A stretch of 64,000 bases of DNA, taken from Eledone cirrhosa. Taxonomy: Eukaryota. Below, in pieces: positions 12,611-25,978 of this stretch. A program made the position numbers and the translations under genes. How positions within the stretch are numbered: the stretch's first letter is position 1; every line of letters starts with the position of its first letter. The DNA is taken from the NCBI GenBank assembly GCA_964016885.1, contig OZ024740.1:404612001-404676000 (forward strand), written 5' to 3'. The notes under the pieces are model-generated. The model had not been told where the DNA came from and did not search any database. It saw nothing but the letters and a program-made list of their open reading frames with translations.

Positions 12611-13727
12611 CTGAAATGACAGAAATCAGGAAAAAATACTATAATTTCATCAATTACGGAAATTAATAGAGGCTTTATGCTACAAATATTCTATAAATTT
12701 AGTCCTCACATTTGTTTAACTCTGCTTGGGTAGACCTATGACCAAAGGCATTTCAGCTTGACCATAGTCTTATTTTAGGATATAGTGTACCTATTATTTC
12801 TAGTTGCTTAAATGACCACACAAAGGCTCCCTTGTTTGCTTATCTGTTATTCTAATTAGACCTAAATTAGTTAAAATCTTCAATGCTTTCTGTGAAACTG
12901 TTTAACAAAACAATGTATATAGATAGCAGCCACTGATTAAAAAAGTATTGATTACTCCAATCTAATCCAATTCAACCAGTTTTAAAAGCACTCAGTCCAT
13001 CACTTTATGAGAGCTTTAATGAAAGCAACATTGTTGCACTTTACATCTATCTGACTACAGCAACCTCAGCAGCCTGAGAACACCTGACTAACTTACAAAA
13101 AAAGCCCTTTTGATACCAAATTGCCAGAAACTGCCCTTGGTTCTATAATTCTAAGCTGTTTATCGTAAAAAGTTTTTAGTAAGAATAAAAGAACCATCCA
13201 TCATATTTCTATGTAAGAACCCTTGTTAAATTATATTCCAAATACCAACTTAATAATGGTTTCTAATTTTGGCACCAAGCCAGCAATTTTGGAGAGAAAG
13301 CAAAGTCAATTAACCTTAGAAAGATGAAAAGCAACTTGGTGGGATTTGAACTCAGAATGTTAAGAACCAGGGTATATACTGTTAAGCATTTGTCCAATGC
13401 TCTAATGAATGCCAATCCACCATTAAAACACCAACTTAATATTGAGAAAGTTATATTAATAAATCTCTCCAAATTTTTTATTATTTTAAAAATGATTTGG
13501 TAATAACAGGCAGTGTCTATCATTAGAAATACGGTAATGAAAGAATAAAGAGAGAAGACATGTGAACTCAATATCTTCAAACTACTAACATGAGTCAAAA
13601 ACTCAATTGGAATTAGTGTTGCTTTTCTTGAACTTTATGGCAAAAACAAATAATAGTAAAAAAATATTTCTCTACACAGAAATTATATTGCTGTAATATA
13701 AGGATAAGCCACACTTTGTTACCTAGC

Positions 13728-13941
13728 TTAACCCTTTAGCATTTACATTACTCTATATATATATTATTATATTTTCATGGTAAAGGCTTTACCTCACATC
13801 ATTATTTCACATAATATCGAATCTATGAGATTTTGATATACATTTTGAGAACAATACCTTAACATAAGTATGAGCAGCTGGTTACATCTGGTTTGAACAG
13901 AAAGAGGTGAGAGAATTCTAACCAGATATGGCCGGTTTAAG
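13728..13941 (+). mobile_element. TTAA-flanked MITE family 1 (piggyBac-like ends), right end degraded
   Basis: Starts TTAACCCTTTAGCATTTA; body matches 23957-24183. Confidence 0.7.
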
Positions 13942-14304
13942 GTTTCTAAATAGAAAGAGATCCTAACTTCTTGTAATACTAATATATTTTAAGGCCATTT
14001 TCCCAACTAAAACAAAAGCTAATCTCAATGACATAGAGGTCCTTTTCGAGGCAAGATTTACAGCTAGATGCCTTACCTACTACCAACCCCTTTAGTACTA
14101 CATGCAGGAATATGGTGTACCTATTCTAAACAAAATACACACAGCTTATGCAACAAAATAATTTAATTCAAAACAATTATAAATCCAGTTTTGTATCGAA
14201 GCTACTTCAAAAACAAGAATCTCTAGTTTTTTTTATGTTTAATAGAAAATGTATGCAAATTTAAGAATTTATAAAAAACACCATTTGGAAAAAAACTATT
14301 ATAC

Positions 14305-14421
14305 CTGATTACAGAGGCTCTGATGCATAGTACAATCAACAGAACCAAAGGATATGGTTTTACCATAACTTTTGGATGCTTTTCTAAACTCTGGCAACAG
14401 TCGCATGCATGGTGGACACCA
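14305..14421 (-). CDS. DNAJC10: DNAJC10 coding exon 13 (Trx2 active site WCPPC)
   Basis: WCPPCMRLLPEFRKASKSYGKTISFGSVDCTMHQSLCNQ; TAG acceptor and GT donor; phase 0/0. Confidence 0.93.
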
Positions 14422-15461
14422 CTATAAAAGATAAAGGTTTGAATAATCAAATCAATAAAAAATAATATTTTTATACTTTACTGATTTTGATATTAACACA
14501 CTTGAGCATTCCCCGAGTTTCTAGCATACAACACCTGTTTTTAACTCTATAATGATTTTCCATGAGATGTCTAAAAACAAATTTATTAATTCAAATGCTT
14601 ATAGCATCTTTACTCGTGGACATTTCTTTGTGAAATTTTCCAGTATTAGGATAGATACTTTAATTTTTTATGTGAAGCAGTCAGTCCTGTTTTGTACTTT
14701 TCTTGAATGCCTAGCTAATGTAATTTCATTTGGTATTGAATGTTAAGAGTTAAATTAAAACTTTCTACCACAATTTAATGTAAGAAGCCTTTAAGTTATT
14801 AAAAAAGTTAGTTATTTTACTAAATTCCCCCAAATTCTTGATTATTTTAATACTTTGAACCAGCTGAGCCATTATTCCAGCACTAACAATGTTTGACTAT
14901 ATACTGCCAGCCTGGTATTTCATTCTGCCACACTATTTACTACAACTATTTACACTGCTTTCTGATCAAATAAGCAATTGCTTTAACCTCAGTTCACTGT
15001 TTTTAACCTGAGTTCTTTGGTAAGTTCATACATTTATGATCTTTTGTTCAGGTTTAACAAATAGGTACAATTTATTTTTTTTTGGGGGGGGGGGGATTTT
15101 CATGCAGATGCCTAGCATGTCAGAGTTCAATGAGTTAAGAAAATTTTAATCATAGGCAATATGGTCACAAAAAAGTTAAACATCAATTAAAAAAAATATC
15201 TGTTTGTAGTATTGATGATGGGAATATCTCTTCAGTATTACTTGTATCATCTTGATGTATTCTTTGTTGATTTTGGCAATGAGTATTCAGTCATCCAATC
15301 AACTGGATAGTCAACTTATGAATTAAAGTGTAAAGTGATTGAGTATTCTATAGACGTGCATTCTTAATGTAATTCCCAAACTGGATCAATGTAACACAAC
15401 GTATGTGACAAGGTTGGATCTTTGAATTACCAGTACACTTCATCTGACAGGTTCCCATACA

Positions 15462-15610
15462 TTATTCATCTACCCAATTTCACCCATGAGCCTTGGGTAG
15501 ACCTGAGGCTATGGTAAATAACACTTGTTCAAGTTGCCATACAGTGGGATCAAACCTGGGACCTCATGATTATGAAGCAAACTTCTTAATCATTCAGCCA
15601 TGCCTGTGCC
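15462..15610 (-). mobile_element. Degraded tRNA/CORE-type SINE family 3 (similar copies near 19160-19285, 39110-39200, 40970-41030)
   Basis: Minus strand reads GGCACAGGCATGGCTGAATGATTAAGAAG...GGTTTGATCCCACTG...TTGAACAAGTG: degenerate A and B boxes plus a CORE-like motif. Confidence 0.6.
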
Positions 15611-15699
15611 CACTGTATCATTTTAAATCGTAATCTGATAACATATATACCATAGTTCATTTTAAAAGGTAAATCAGGAATATATACAAATATACTTAC

Positions 15700-15836
15700 T
15701 GGTGCAAAAAAATCAACAAACCAAGGATCTTGACTATCTACTACACGTTGAGGAAAATCTTGAGGGCCAAGTGTTTCCAATGAAGCTTTCATACCCTCTT
15801 TAGCAAAAGCTGCAACATCATGAGCAGTTGTACGAC
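15700..15836 (-). CDS. DNAJC10: DNAJC10 coding exon 12
   Basis: (G)RTTAHDVAAFAKEGMKASLETLGPQDFPQRVVDSQDPWFVDFFAP; CAG acceptor and GTAAGT donor; phase 1/0. Confidence 0.93.
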
Positions 15837-16145
15837 CTGCAATTTTGAAAGTAACAAACTATGAGTTACAGCTTTTTATAAAAATCTAGGAATACTACAT
15901 TGAGTACAAAAACAATAACAAGCATTTTGGGGTCATATTCCTCACTGAAGTAGGGGTTAGCTTTGCATGCCCCCTGACAAGAGGGCTTTTTTGAGGTTTT
16001 ACAGTCGGATACCCTTCCTGGTGCTAACCCATTCAGTCACCTCATACAACATGCAGGGATACAGTGAACAAAAGCAATACTTAGTGTGTAAGAGACAAAA
16101 AAATACACAAAACTGCTGAAATTAAGATTTCTATGAATAATTTTA

Positions 16146-16300
16146 GGTGGTTAATTGGCAAAATCATTAGAGCATTGGATAAAATATTTTACAATATTCA
16201 TTGCAGCTCTCTGCATGCTGAGTTCAAAACCCATTGAGGTCAACTTTGCCTTTCATCCTTTCAAGGTTGATAAAAAAGTACCAGTCCAGTACTGGGTCAA
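16146..16300 (+). mobile_element. SINE family 1, diverged copy
   Basis: TGGCAAAATCATTAG...GAGTTCAAAACCC...CTTTGCCTTTCATCCTTTCAAGGTTGATAAAAAAGTACCAG. Confidence 0.7.
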
Positions 16301-16302
16301 TT

Positions 16303-16341
<39 letters not shown>

Positions 16342-16861
16342 TTTCTCTCTATTACTCTCTCGCCTTCTCTTGAAAAAATCAGCTGTGTTCAAACCTGGAG
16401 AAGAAACAAGTTCTACCAAGGTAAAAATGTCCAAGACATGCTATATATTACTATGGCTATTCTACAATTCCATCAAAAATTATGGATGTCAAACATTGAT
16501 AACTTTATTTCAGTTTTTGTTTCATTGAAGTTCCATTATGAGAAACTGATAGCTTTAAGATGTAATTAAGTTTCTGGTATAGAAGCTCAGGAGTCATGAA
16601 TTCATATCCTTCAGCACCCTTTCAATGTAGAAGAAATTAAATGACTGACTAGATATGATACTGAATAGATTACTGGTATAGATACATAATGAATATAGAG
16701 GATAATTGTTGGATGAAGAAGTGCCAGGAGTTTCAAGTCAAAGATGTGGTAGAGGAAGGCTGACAAATACTTGTACAGAGGTAGTGAGGGTAGATCTGAA
16801 AATGATGATCCTCACAATGGATATGACAAAGGAAAGAGACAAGTAGAAGCAAAGGACAAAC

Positions 16862-16908
<47 letters not shown>

Positions 16909-17354
16909 AATGAAGCTTCTCTAGTCATACAGAGAATGTGTGACTAAACAATAAGGAACCATTAATACTTAAAAGAGACTCAGCAGATCTTTTGGGAAAG
17001 TTCCCAACAATAGCCTGTCCCATGGAAGATATGTATTTCAAGAAACACACCAACACACAGAGATTCATCAGAGTTATAATCATCATCATCATCATCATTT
17101 TACATGTTTTCCCCATGTTTGCATGGGTTGATGGGGTCTTTACCAGCATAGCATGCCTCCACTCATTGTGTTCCTTCGTCATCTCTTCTGTGAGGATCAG
17201 TGTTTTGAGATCAGCTCTCACCACTTCTGCTCAGGTCTTCCTTGGTCTTAAGAATAGCAGCCCTGAAATATGTTGCCTTATAAAAAAAAATAACTTCTGT
17301 TTTAGCATTCATATTAAAACAACATAAAATTTATTTTTTAAATTATTTCCTTAC

Positions 17355-17466
17355 CATAATAGATTTCATGGCCACCACTTAATTTGAAGAGGACAAAAAC
17401 AGGCATTTTAAAAATATGCAAGTTTTGACATTCACTCTGAAGAACCCTGCAATCAACACGACCAAC
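17355..17466 (-). CDS. DNAJC10: DNAJC10 coding exon 11 (redox-inactive Trx-like domain)
   Basis: VGRVDCRVLQSECQNLHIFKMPVFVLFKLSGGHEIYY(G); TAG acceptor and GTAAGG donor; phase 0/1. Confidence 0.9.
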
Positions 17467-17719
17467 CTACAAAATAGGAAAAGCAGATAGTTCATAGTTT
17501 CTACTCAACAGATATTTTTTTAAGTTCATGTAGAATTTTAACATTGTTATTGCTGTTTAGCCCAACTTGATGAAGATGATTTTTCATATGTCCTCAGAGT
17601 AATGTTTTATAAGGCATTTAGATTGTTGGGAAGTGATCTAACAAGGAGTGATTTATTGATGCTTTCTATAGGTTTGTAGTGAAATTTGAAAGAAAAATAT
17701 GAGTAAATTAATAACTTAC

Positions 17720-17836
17720 ACGAATGTCTTCATCTTCCAGAAGACTTGGGATCTTTCTCAATTCCAAATTAACTTCATCTCTATCAAAGAAATGAACAAT
17801 CCAAGCTGTACTATCTTCATTTTGCTGTCCGATATC
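17720..17836 (-). CDS. DNAJC10: DNAJC10 coding exon 10
   Basis: DIGQQNEDSTAWIVHFFDRDEVNLELRKIPSLLEDEDIR; CAG acceptor and GTAAGT donor. Confidence 0.88.
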
Positions 17837-17999
17837 CTGGTAAGACAAAATGAAAAAGATTGTTAACATGAAGAAATAAATATATCTTCAAAGAATCCCA
17901 CATCATGTTTGTTCAATCAACTGAATGTCCAAATAATTAAATCAATATGTAAGAGGTTGAGTATTTCACATATATTATGCCAATGATTTCGATATGAAG

Positions 18000-19056
18000 A
18001 TACCTAAAGATCTGTGTTGTGCTTGGCTCCACCCTTACACAGCCCTTCCACCAAGCTCTCAACTTCTCCAAGCTGATACAACGGTTTGCCTCAAATTTAC
18101 TGGTAGTCTGCTGGATGATGCAGCGCCAAGCATTGTGGTCAGCAGTCTAGGTGGTCTATTGGTGGGGGTTGATGTTACATATTTTCATCATTTTTTTTAC
18201 CATGTGTTTGTACTGCTTCTTGGGTACACTGCTGTTTTGACAATACATTCTTTGGCAGATGGTGGTCTGCCATTCTGGAAGCATGCCCCACCTAGCACAG
18301 CTGTGTTTTCAGAAGAGTAGCTTCAATACTGGTGGTCTTGACTTTCTTGAAGACTCCTGTGTTGGTGACATAGTCACTCTAGTTGATGTTTAATATAGTG
18401 TGCAGACAGCATTGGTGGAATATCTCCAGGAGGCAGGTATGACAGTGATTCAAGACCCACAACTCAGAGCTGTATAAGAAAATGGTAAGGATTACAGCTC
18501 TGTAAACGTTGAGTTCTGTCTATTTTGAAATTATTATTTCTCCACATCATTGGTGATTTGGATGGGCTGGGACAGGTTATTTCCGAGTTTAACTTGACCA
18601 AATTATCCATTGTAGAGTTTGGATGAATGGCGACCCCTCATTCCAATTTAGACTCCATGAATTCTTCATCAGTTGTTGGAAGCATGGCACACTTCCACCA
18701 GACCTCTGTAATGCAAGCATCATCATAGATTGCTCCAATTACAGAGGCATCACCCTGCTTTCCATTGCAGGAAAGATCCTGGCCCGAATTCTGTTCAACA
18801 GGCAAACATCTCCATTGCTGAGGACCATCTCTCCGAGAGCCAGTGAGGTTTTAGAGCAAACTGAGGCACTATGGACATGATATTTGTCTTGAGATAGCTC
18901 CAGGAGAAATGTCAAACAAAACAAAGGTTTGTTCATCATCTTGGTTGACTTAACCAGTGTTCAACATTGTGTGCAGGAAGGGTCTATGGCAAATTCTTGA
19001 GAAGCTGGGCTGCCTACCAAAATTCTTCACCATGATCACCCAGCTCCATGATGGGC
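18000..19056. mobile_element. Old RTE LINE fragments of a different family (plus-strand RT piece 18620-19056; probable minus-strand C-terminal piece 18000-18560)
   Basis: DCSNYRGITLLSIAGKILARILFNR and GLWQILEKLGCLPKF...LHDG; multiple stops. Confidence 0.7.
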
Positions 19057-19662
19057 ATTTCACATGTACTCTTAACATAATTCCCAGGACAAATCAGCAT
19101 GACACAATATATAAGGCTGGACCTTTGAATTACAGGTAAAGACCATCTGACAAGCTCTCACACAGTTTCCATCTAGCCAATCTCATCCACAAGACATGGG
19201 TTGACTTAAGGCTAAGATGATATGCAGTGGGATTGAACCTAAGACCTCATGATTGCAAAACCACCTTAATTACTCAGCCATACTTGCATTCAATAAGAAA
19301 TATATGTCTGAACACAGCTGATTTCTTCCAAAAAAGAGAGAGAGAGAGAGGAATATAGAAGGAGAATCAACATCATTACTGGACTGGTATTTTTTTTATT
19401 GATCTCAAAAGAACGAAAATCGGAGTTGAACTTGGCAGGATTTGAACACAGAACACAGAGCACAGAAAACAGGAATGAACACTGCAAAGCATTCTATCCG
19501 ATGTTCTAACAACTCTGTCAATCTGCCACCTCTTTAATAAGAAATAAATGATTAAAATCATCAACTGACTGAGAAAACCAAGCAGTAATACTATCTATGC
19601 TTTCATTTACAAAATAGACACGAAAAAACTTGGTAATAGAAAAATTAAGTTTAAAGTCTTAC

Positions 19663-19752
19663 CTCAAATTGTTTTTCATCCAGAAGAGTGACATCAGGTA
19701 GTTGTAGTAAAACTTGTTGTGCAATCTCTTGAGCTACAAGACTTGGAATGAT
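19663..19752 (-). CDS. DNAJC10: DNAJC10 coding exon 9
   Basis: IIPSLVAQEIAQQVLLQLPDVTLLDEKQFE; CAG acceptor and GTAAGA donor; phase 0/0. Confidence 0.88.
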
Positions 19753-19792
19753 CTGTAGACATGTTAGAAAAAAATGATTGTCAATGATTGTC

Positions 19793-20720
19793 AAACTCTG
19801 AGAGGGCTCTGTAGAAACAGTAGACAGCTTCTGCTACCTAGGTGACCGAATTAGCAGCGGAGGTGGGTGTTCGGAAAGTACAATAACTAGGGTAAGAACG
19901 GGATGGAAGAAATTCAGGGAGCTACTGCCACTGCTAGCTGCAAAAGGCTTTTCCCTCAAAATGAAAGGCAGACTGTATGATGCGTGTATACGAAGAGCAA
20001 TGTTACATGGTAGTGAAACCTGGGTGTCGTGTGTAGAAGACTTGCGTAGATTAGAAAGAAACGAAGCCTGCAAGCTCTGATGGATGTGTAATAGTAATAT
20101 ACATGAACGGCAAAGCATAAATGAATTGAGAGAGAGACTGAGCATAAGAGGAATCAAATGTTGTGTGCAGGAGAGGTGGTTACGTTGGTATGGACATGTG
20201 ATGCGTATGAAGGATGACAGCTGCATAAAACGGTGCAGAGCACTAGAAGTCGATAGAAACCGCGGAGTGGGGAGACCCAAGAAGACCTGGCATAAGGTGA
20301 TAAAAGCTGATCTTTCCCAATTACACTCTCAAAAGCAATGAATGACACACGACCGTGACCTCTGGCGTCACGCAGTAATACAGAAGACCCGACCCTCCCA
20401 TGAGTACAAGCCGAAGCTGAAGCATATAGACAATATGCCCCCACACCCTCCCACTGCAAAGTGGTCGTGAAGGTGCCACGGCAAAAAAGCGCCCAGCCCA
20501 CACTGTAAAGTGAACGTGTAGGCGCTACGGAAAAAAAGCACCCAACACTCACTGTAAATGAGGTTGGTGTTAGAAACGGCATCCAGCTGTAGAAATCAAA
20601 CCAGATTCAGTTCCCCTATGAGCAAGACAAGGTCAGCCGACTGGACACTGCCCACAACAGGACAACCCGTCTAACCCATGCTAGCGTGGAAGAATGGACG
20701 TAAAACAGTGATGATGATGA
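19793..20720 (+). mobile_element. RTE-type LINE subfamily B, 3' fragment
   Basis: ETVDSFCYLGDRISSGGG...GSETW...LRWYGHVMRM...GRPKKTW; near-identical to 50461-51396; tail AAACAGTGATGATGAT. Confidence 0.92.
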
Positions 20721-21049
20721 CGTGAAAACTTTAAGCCACTATAATTAATTTTTTAAGAAACTGTTGTTTTTAAAAATAGCATGGTTTTAAGCTTCAGTAA
20801 CTATCATGTAGAACCTGCAGTATTTCCTGTTATGTTCTTCATCGTTTAAATGTTATCAGTTATCTATTTATTTGATTCTATTGAGAAAAGTCTCTCTCTG
20901 TCCTACCCATTGTATATTTGTCTATTTCAAGGTGTCTTTCACATCAGAACACATGATACCTTTGCTCTCATTCCCACTTCATTCTCAGTTGGGGATATTT
21001 CATGCTTAATTTTTTGCATGGTTTCCAAATATTGTTCAACCAGTACCCA

Positions 21050-21323
21050 TTGAGGGTAGTAGTGCTGGTGCCACAATAAAAAACACCAAGTACATCCTGT
21101 AAGGTGGTAGTGCTGGTGCCTCAATAAAATGGTCCCAGTACAAATTGTAAAGTGGTTGGTGTTAGGAATGGCATCCAGCAGTAGAAACCAAGCTGAGAGC
21201 GGAGCATAAATAAAGGGAGTAGTCATCTGACTGGAGTAGATTCAGTGCACTATGGCCTGTTTAACCCATGCAAGCAAAGAAAAATAGACATTAAACAGTG
21301 ATGATGATGATGATGATGATGAT
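21050..21323 (+). mobile_element. Diverged LINE 3'UTR/tail fragment
   Basis: TGGTTGGTGTTAGGAATGGCATCCAGC...AACCCATGCAAGC...TTAAACAG(TGA)n. Confidence 0.75.
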
Positions 21324-22067
21324 GTACCCAGTTACTCTTCATATTTTCTGTCTTACTTTGAAGTCTACTAGCACAATTTTTATTTCATAATTACATTTTA
21401 TCACAATCACTGATAAAAAAAAAACAACTGATCCTACACCTGCTTGTTGTAATACCACTTCCAATCCGACTGTGTATGTCAATTCTGTTCATGAAAATAA
21501 TGAACAGGAAAAGTGACAGTAGACCCTTAGTGGAGTCCGATTCCCCCATTGAATGGTTCAAGCCTTAGGTAGAGGGACCTATTCAAAAAATATATTGCAG
21601 TTTTCATTTCATGCTGTAAAAACTGGCAATGGGCTTGTAACCTGTCCTGGGAGGCATGGGATGGACACACAAAGATTACATAACCCGAGACCCCAAAGAG
21701 AGTTTGGAAGGAAGCAAACCTTAACAATTGTTGTTTTGTTATACTGATAAAAAAAAAATAGAGTATTTCAAATATTTTCTAGTTTCATCATTTTATTCTT
21801 AAAATATACTAAATCCCATATATACACATACATACTGCTAAATTAATACAAAAACAAGACCTTGTCAGAAATAAATATACTTGTCAAATTTTGAAAAGAG
21901 ATGTCAAAACAACATAGAAGAAACCTATATAACTTAGTTGCTATTGAAATTCTTCTGTGAAACCTCGGTAAATGATACTTTTCAACATAGTTTATATTTC
22001 TGTAAATCATATCTAATCTGCTTACCAATGATTGTCAGTTAGATAAACAAACTGCTGTTATACTTAC

Positions 22068-22190
22068 CATTTCTTTGTCTTTCTCCACTTGCCCTAATTT
22101 GTAAAAATATACACCGTTATTGGCTGCCATTTGGGAACATAATGAACTATGTCTATTACAATTTACACTTCCAACATTCACCAAACTTTC
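22068..22190 (-). CDS. DNAJC10: DNAJC10 coding exon 8
   Basis: ESLVNVGSVNCNRHSSLCSQMAANNGVYFYKLGQVEKDKEM; CAG acceptor and GTAAGT donor. Confidence 0.9.
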
Positions 22191-22281
22191 CTGAAAATTT
22201 GATAAAACAAAATGGAATTTTAAAATCTCACATTTAGCAGAGATAGGATCTGTTTTAAAAAGAAACACAAAAGGCACTTAC

Positions 22282-22325
22282 CAACATGGTAGCTACTTTC
22301 AGTTCAGTATTGGAAGACATACATT
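22282..22325 (-). CDS. DNAJC10: DNAJC10 coding exon 7 (44 nt)
   Basis: (E)CMSSNTELKVATML; CAG acceptor and GTAAGT donor; phase 1/0; followed by a 91-bp intron. Confidence 0.85.
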
Positions 22326-22469
22326 CTGAAACAGTAAAATGGGAAAATATTAGAAATTTTTAGATAAGATAGTGTATAGTGTTAACATACTTAACATAAA
22401 ATGGTTAACTAGCCCATTAGGAAGGAGATTCCTCTTGAATATTGGCTGAAAGAAAGATCTCTGTGGGTG

Positions 22470-22670
22470 GTGCAAACACAGTCTGAATACGGATCCTTCC
22501 TTAGTGAAGACACTTCAGTATTAAATGTAGTTAAAACCGAGTCATGTATCTTAATAGGAGACTTCAATGCACATGTTGGCACTTACCACCTGACATGGAA
22601 AGGAGTGGTTAGAAGGAATGGCAATGCCAATCTAAATATGAATAGAGAAGCCTTATTAGACTTCTGTTCA
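22470..22670 (+). mobile_element. Old LINE AP-endonuclease fragment
   Basis: ILIGDFNAHVG...WKGVV...ALLDFCS. Confidence 0.7.
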
Positions 22671-23701
22671 AGAATTTGGAGGGATTTAATAATATAACCA
22701 ATTTTCTCATAATTAAATTGGTGTAAGGAACATAATATAACAATGGTTCTTACATAAAATTATGAAAGAAGGTTTTTAGATAAATATAAACACTAGCAAA
22801 TATGCAGTAGAAACAGGGGTAGTTTTACGTGACTTGATAAAAAATGGTTTAAATAATAAAACTTCTTACAAAATCAGAACACTAGGTTATACTGATTTTG
22901 AATAAATGCTTATAAAACAACAGAAATTGTTTTCATACATTTTGAAATAAAAAAAAAAAGAAATTAAACATTAATTCATGAGAAAAATTTTGAAAATATA
23001 AACTAACTTATGATTTTTAAACTAAAATTTGTTTTTCTTGTAAGGAGCCGACAGTCTGACTATGGTTCCGTTAGTTTTTCCATTGCTGATACTGTCTACC
23101 AGAAGAGACTTGAACTCAGAACTCACTGAAGCAGAACAGGTACCACAAAGCATTCTGACTCTTTAACAATTCCATCAATCCACCACTCTATGACTGGTAC
23201 TTTATCAAACTCAAAAGGATGAAAGGTAAGACTTCAACTCAGAGCACAAAAAAACCCAGAACAAATACCAAGACATTTAATCTGAAACTAATGACTGCCT
23301 GTTCATCACAAGGAAAAGTTTCAATGTGCTTTTTGTTCAATTAAAGATCTTTTAATGAATTTTATGAACTTCTAAATTGATAAACCAAACTGAAAAGTAG
23401 GTTTATGTGGAATTAAAATTGAAATTAAAACTTGAATCGAAATTCAATTTAAAAAAAAAAAAAAGAGAATCACTATCAATTCAAGTCAAATTGCAGTTTT
23501 CTTTTTTAAATTAAATTAAGATTTAGGTTTGAATTTTAATTTCATGTTTTACTATAATGGATTTTCTCCTCATGATTTATATATATTAAAGAATTATACT
23601 TTTATCATACTTGGATTCCAAATAAAACATTTTTAGAATTAAAATTATTATTTTTTTAAAACTTGAATCAAATATTCTCTACAAAATTTTGAATAACTAA
23701 C

Positions 23702-23861
23702 CTTCATCATTACTGCAATAGTTTATGAGCCAAGGGAGATTCATTTCAGATGTTCTAGACTTAAAGTTGGAGGTAGTTAGTGTGTAAACATTTGCCTGAA
23801 CATTCGATAAAGCATACTTGACAAGGGATTCAGTGCTTCGTTCACCTTGATACTTCATTTT
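23702..23861 (-). CDS. DNAJC10: DNAJC10 coding exon 6
   Basis: KMKYQGERSTESLVKYALSNVQANVYTLTTSNFKSRTSEMNLPWLINYCSNDE; TAG acceptor and GTTAGT donor; phase 0/1. Confidence 0.9.
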
Positions 23862-23956
23862 CTATTGTTCAAATATAAATAACAGAATAATAAATATTAT
23901 CCATGACAAAACTCAGGAAATTAATAAAGACATGACATAAAATAAATAACTTATCT

Positions 23957-24183
23957 TTAACTCTTTAGTATTTAAATTACTCTATATTTACTATTGTATT
24001 TTCGTGGTAAAGGTTTTATCTCACATAGTTATCTCACATAATATCGAATCTATGAGATTTTGTATTATTTATTTTGAGAACAATACCTTAACATCAGTAT
24101 GAGTGGCCTGTTACAGCTGGTTTGAACAGAAAGAGGTGAGAGAATTCTGGCCGGATACGGCCGGTCTAAATGCTAAGGGTTAA
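23957..24183 (+). mobile_element. TTAA-flanked MITE family 1
   Basis: TTAA-CTCTTTAGTATTTA ... TAAATGCTAAGGG-TTAA imperfect terminal inverted repeats; further copies at 13728, 27110 (inverted) and 29734. Confidence 0.8.
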
Positions 24184-24629
24184 TCAGTTAAATAATTTCT
24201 TTCTATTACATACACATAAGAATGATTCGAAGGCACAATAAATTACAAAGGATGATGCTAATAGAGCCAGTGATTAATGTAGAAAGGGTCATATGTTGAA
24301 AAAGGATGAAAGTGACTGGGCAAAAGGAATGATGAAAATGAATGTAGAAAGTAGAAAAAGAAGACCACGAATGACATGGCTAAAGATGATAGACGGGGAA
24401 ATGAAAGCCAGTGGGTTGGTGAGAGGGGACACAGATGATAAAGCAAAATGGAGAAGGTTGTCAAGAGACCCACAAGGCTTGAACAGGGAAAATGGTCTTA
24501 AAACACCAGTTTTTTTATGTATATACACAGCCAATGTACATCTTAATGAAAAGGTGTTGCTGTTGTTGTTGTTTAGCCCTAAGTCAATTCTGATTGAGAA
24601 AACCTATCATAAGAATTTCAGATATGTAT

Positions 24630-25978
24630 GGAGTTCAAGACCGGCTGCCCATGGGAACTCCTATACGCAGATGATCTAACGCTCATAGCTGAATCAATGG
24701 TCGAGCTAGAGAAGAAATTCCAAACATGGAAGCACGGCCTAGAATCAAAAGGCCTTAAAATTAACCTGGCTAAGACTAAAGTTCTAGTTTGTAAGAAAGA
24801 AAATAAGGCAGCGGTCCCCTCCGGGAAGTGGCCATGCGCAGAGTGTAGGAAAGGCGTAGGTAGAAATTCCATTTTGTGTCCCAAATGCAAAGTTTGGGTG
24901 CATAAAAGATGTAGTGGGATCACAGGTAAGCTAAGAACATAGATTTTACATGTGGCTGGTGTTCTGGGGCAATAAGTAGCAGCAAGTGCCCACAAAATAC
25001 TAGCTCTTTCAACTGCGCAGAGGGTTCTATAGAAATAGTGGACAGCTTCCGTTACCTGGGTGACAAAATCAGCAGTGGGGGAGGGTGCTCTGAAAGTACA
25101 GTAGCTAGAGTCAGAACTGGGTGGAAAAAGTTCAGAGAGCTTATACCACTATTAGCCGCTAAAGGGTTCTCCCTAAAAATGAAAGGCAGGTTGTACGATG
25201 CCTGCATACGAACAGCAATGTTACATGGCAGTGAGACCTGGGCATTGTGTGCAGAGGATATACGCAGACTAGAGAGAAACGAAGCTTGCATGCTACGCTG
25301 GATGTGTAATAGTAATATACGTGAACGACAAAGCATAAACGAACTAAGGAAAAAATTAGAAATAAGAGGGATCAGATGTTGTTTACTAGAGAGAAGGCTA
25401 CGTTGGTATGGTCACGTGATGCGCATGAAGGACGATAGCTGTATAACAAAGTGCAGGGCAATAAAGATAGACGGTAGCCACGGAATAGGCAGACCCAGAA
25501 AAACCTGGGACGAATTGATAAACTCCGACCTCACACCTCACCAAGACAATGTCACTGGACCTTTGGCGGTACTCAGTAATAGAGAAGACCCGCCTTACCT
25601 AAATACAAAGTAAAACCTACTACAGTCAGTAGGCATCTCTAACAAAATACACCCCCGTCCCACCACCACCACTCCCTTCTATGTAAAGTTATGTTGGTGC
25701 CACACCATCCAGGCCGAAACAAATGAGATCGTGTAGGTGTCACGACAAAAAAACACACAGTCCACGCTGTAATGTGGCCGTGTAGGCAACACGGTAAAAA
25801 CCTCCCAGACCCACACTGTAAATGTGGTTGGTGTTAGGAAGGGCATCCAACTGTAGAAAACCTGCCAGACAGTCCTATGCGAGCAAGACAATCACTCTTG
25901 CCTCAAGTGGGAAAACCCCCGTCCAAACCCATGCAAGCGTGGAACACGGACGTTAAACGATGATGATGATGATGATGA
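24630..25978 (+). mobile_element. RTE-type LINE subfamily A, 5'-truncated
   Basis: ORFs 24628-24942 (LLYADD, PHD) and 25038-25613; 3'UTR and (GAT)n tail. Confidence 0.95.
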
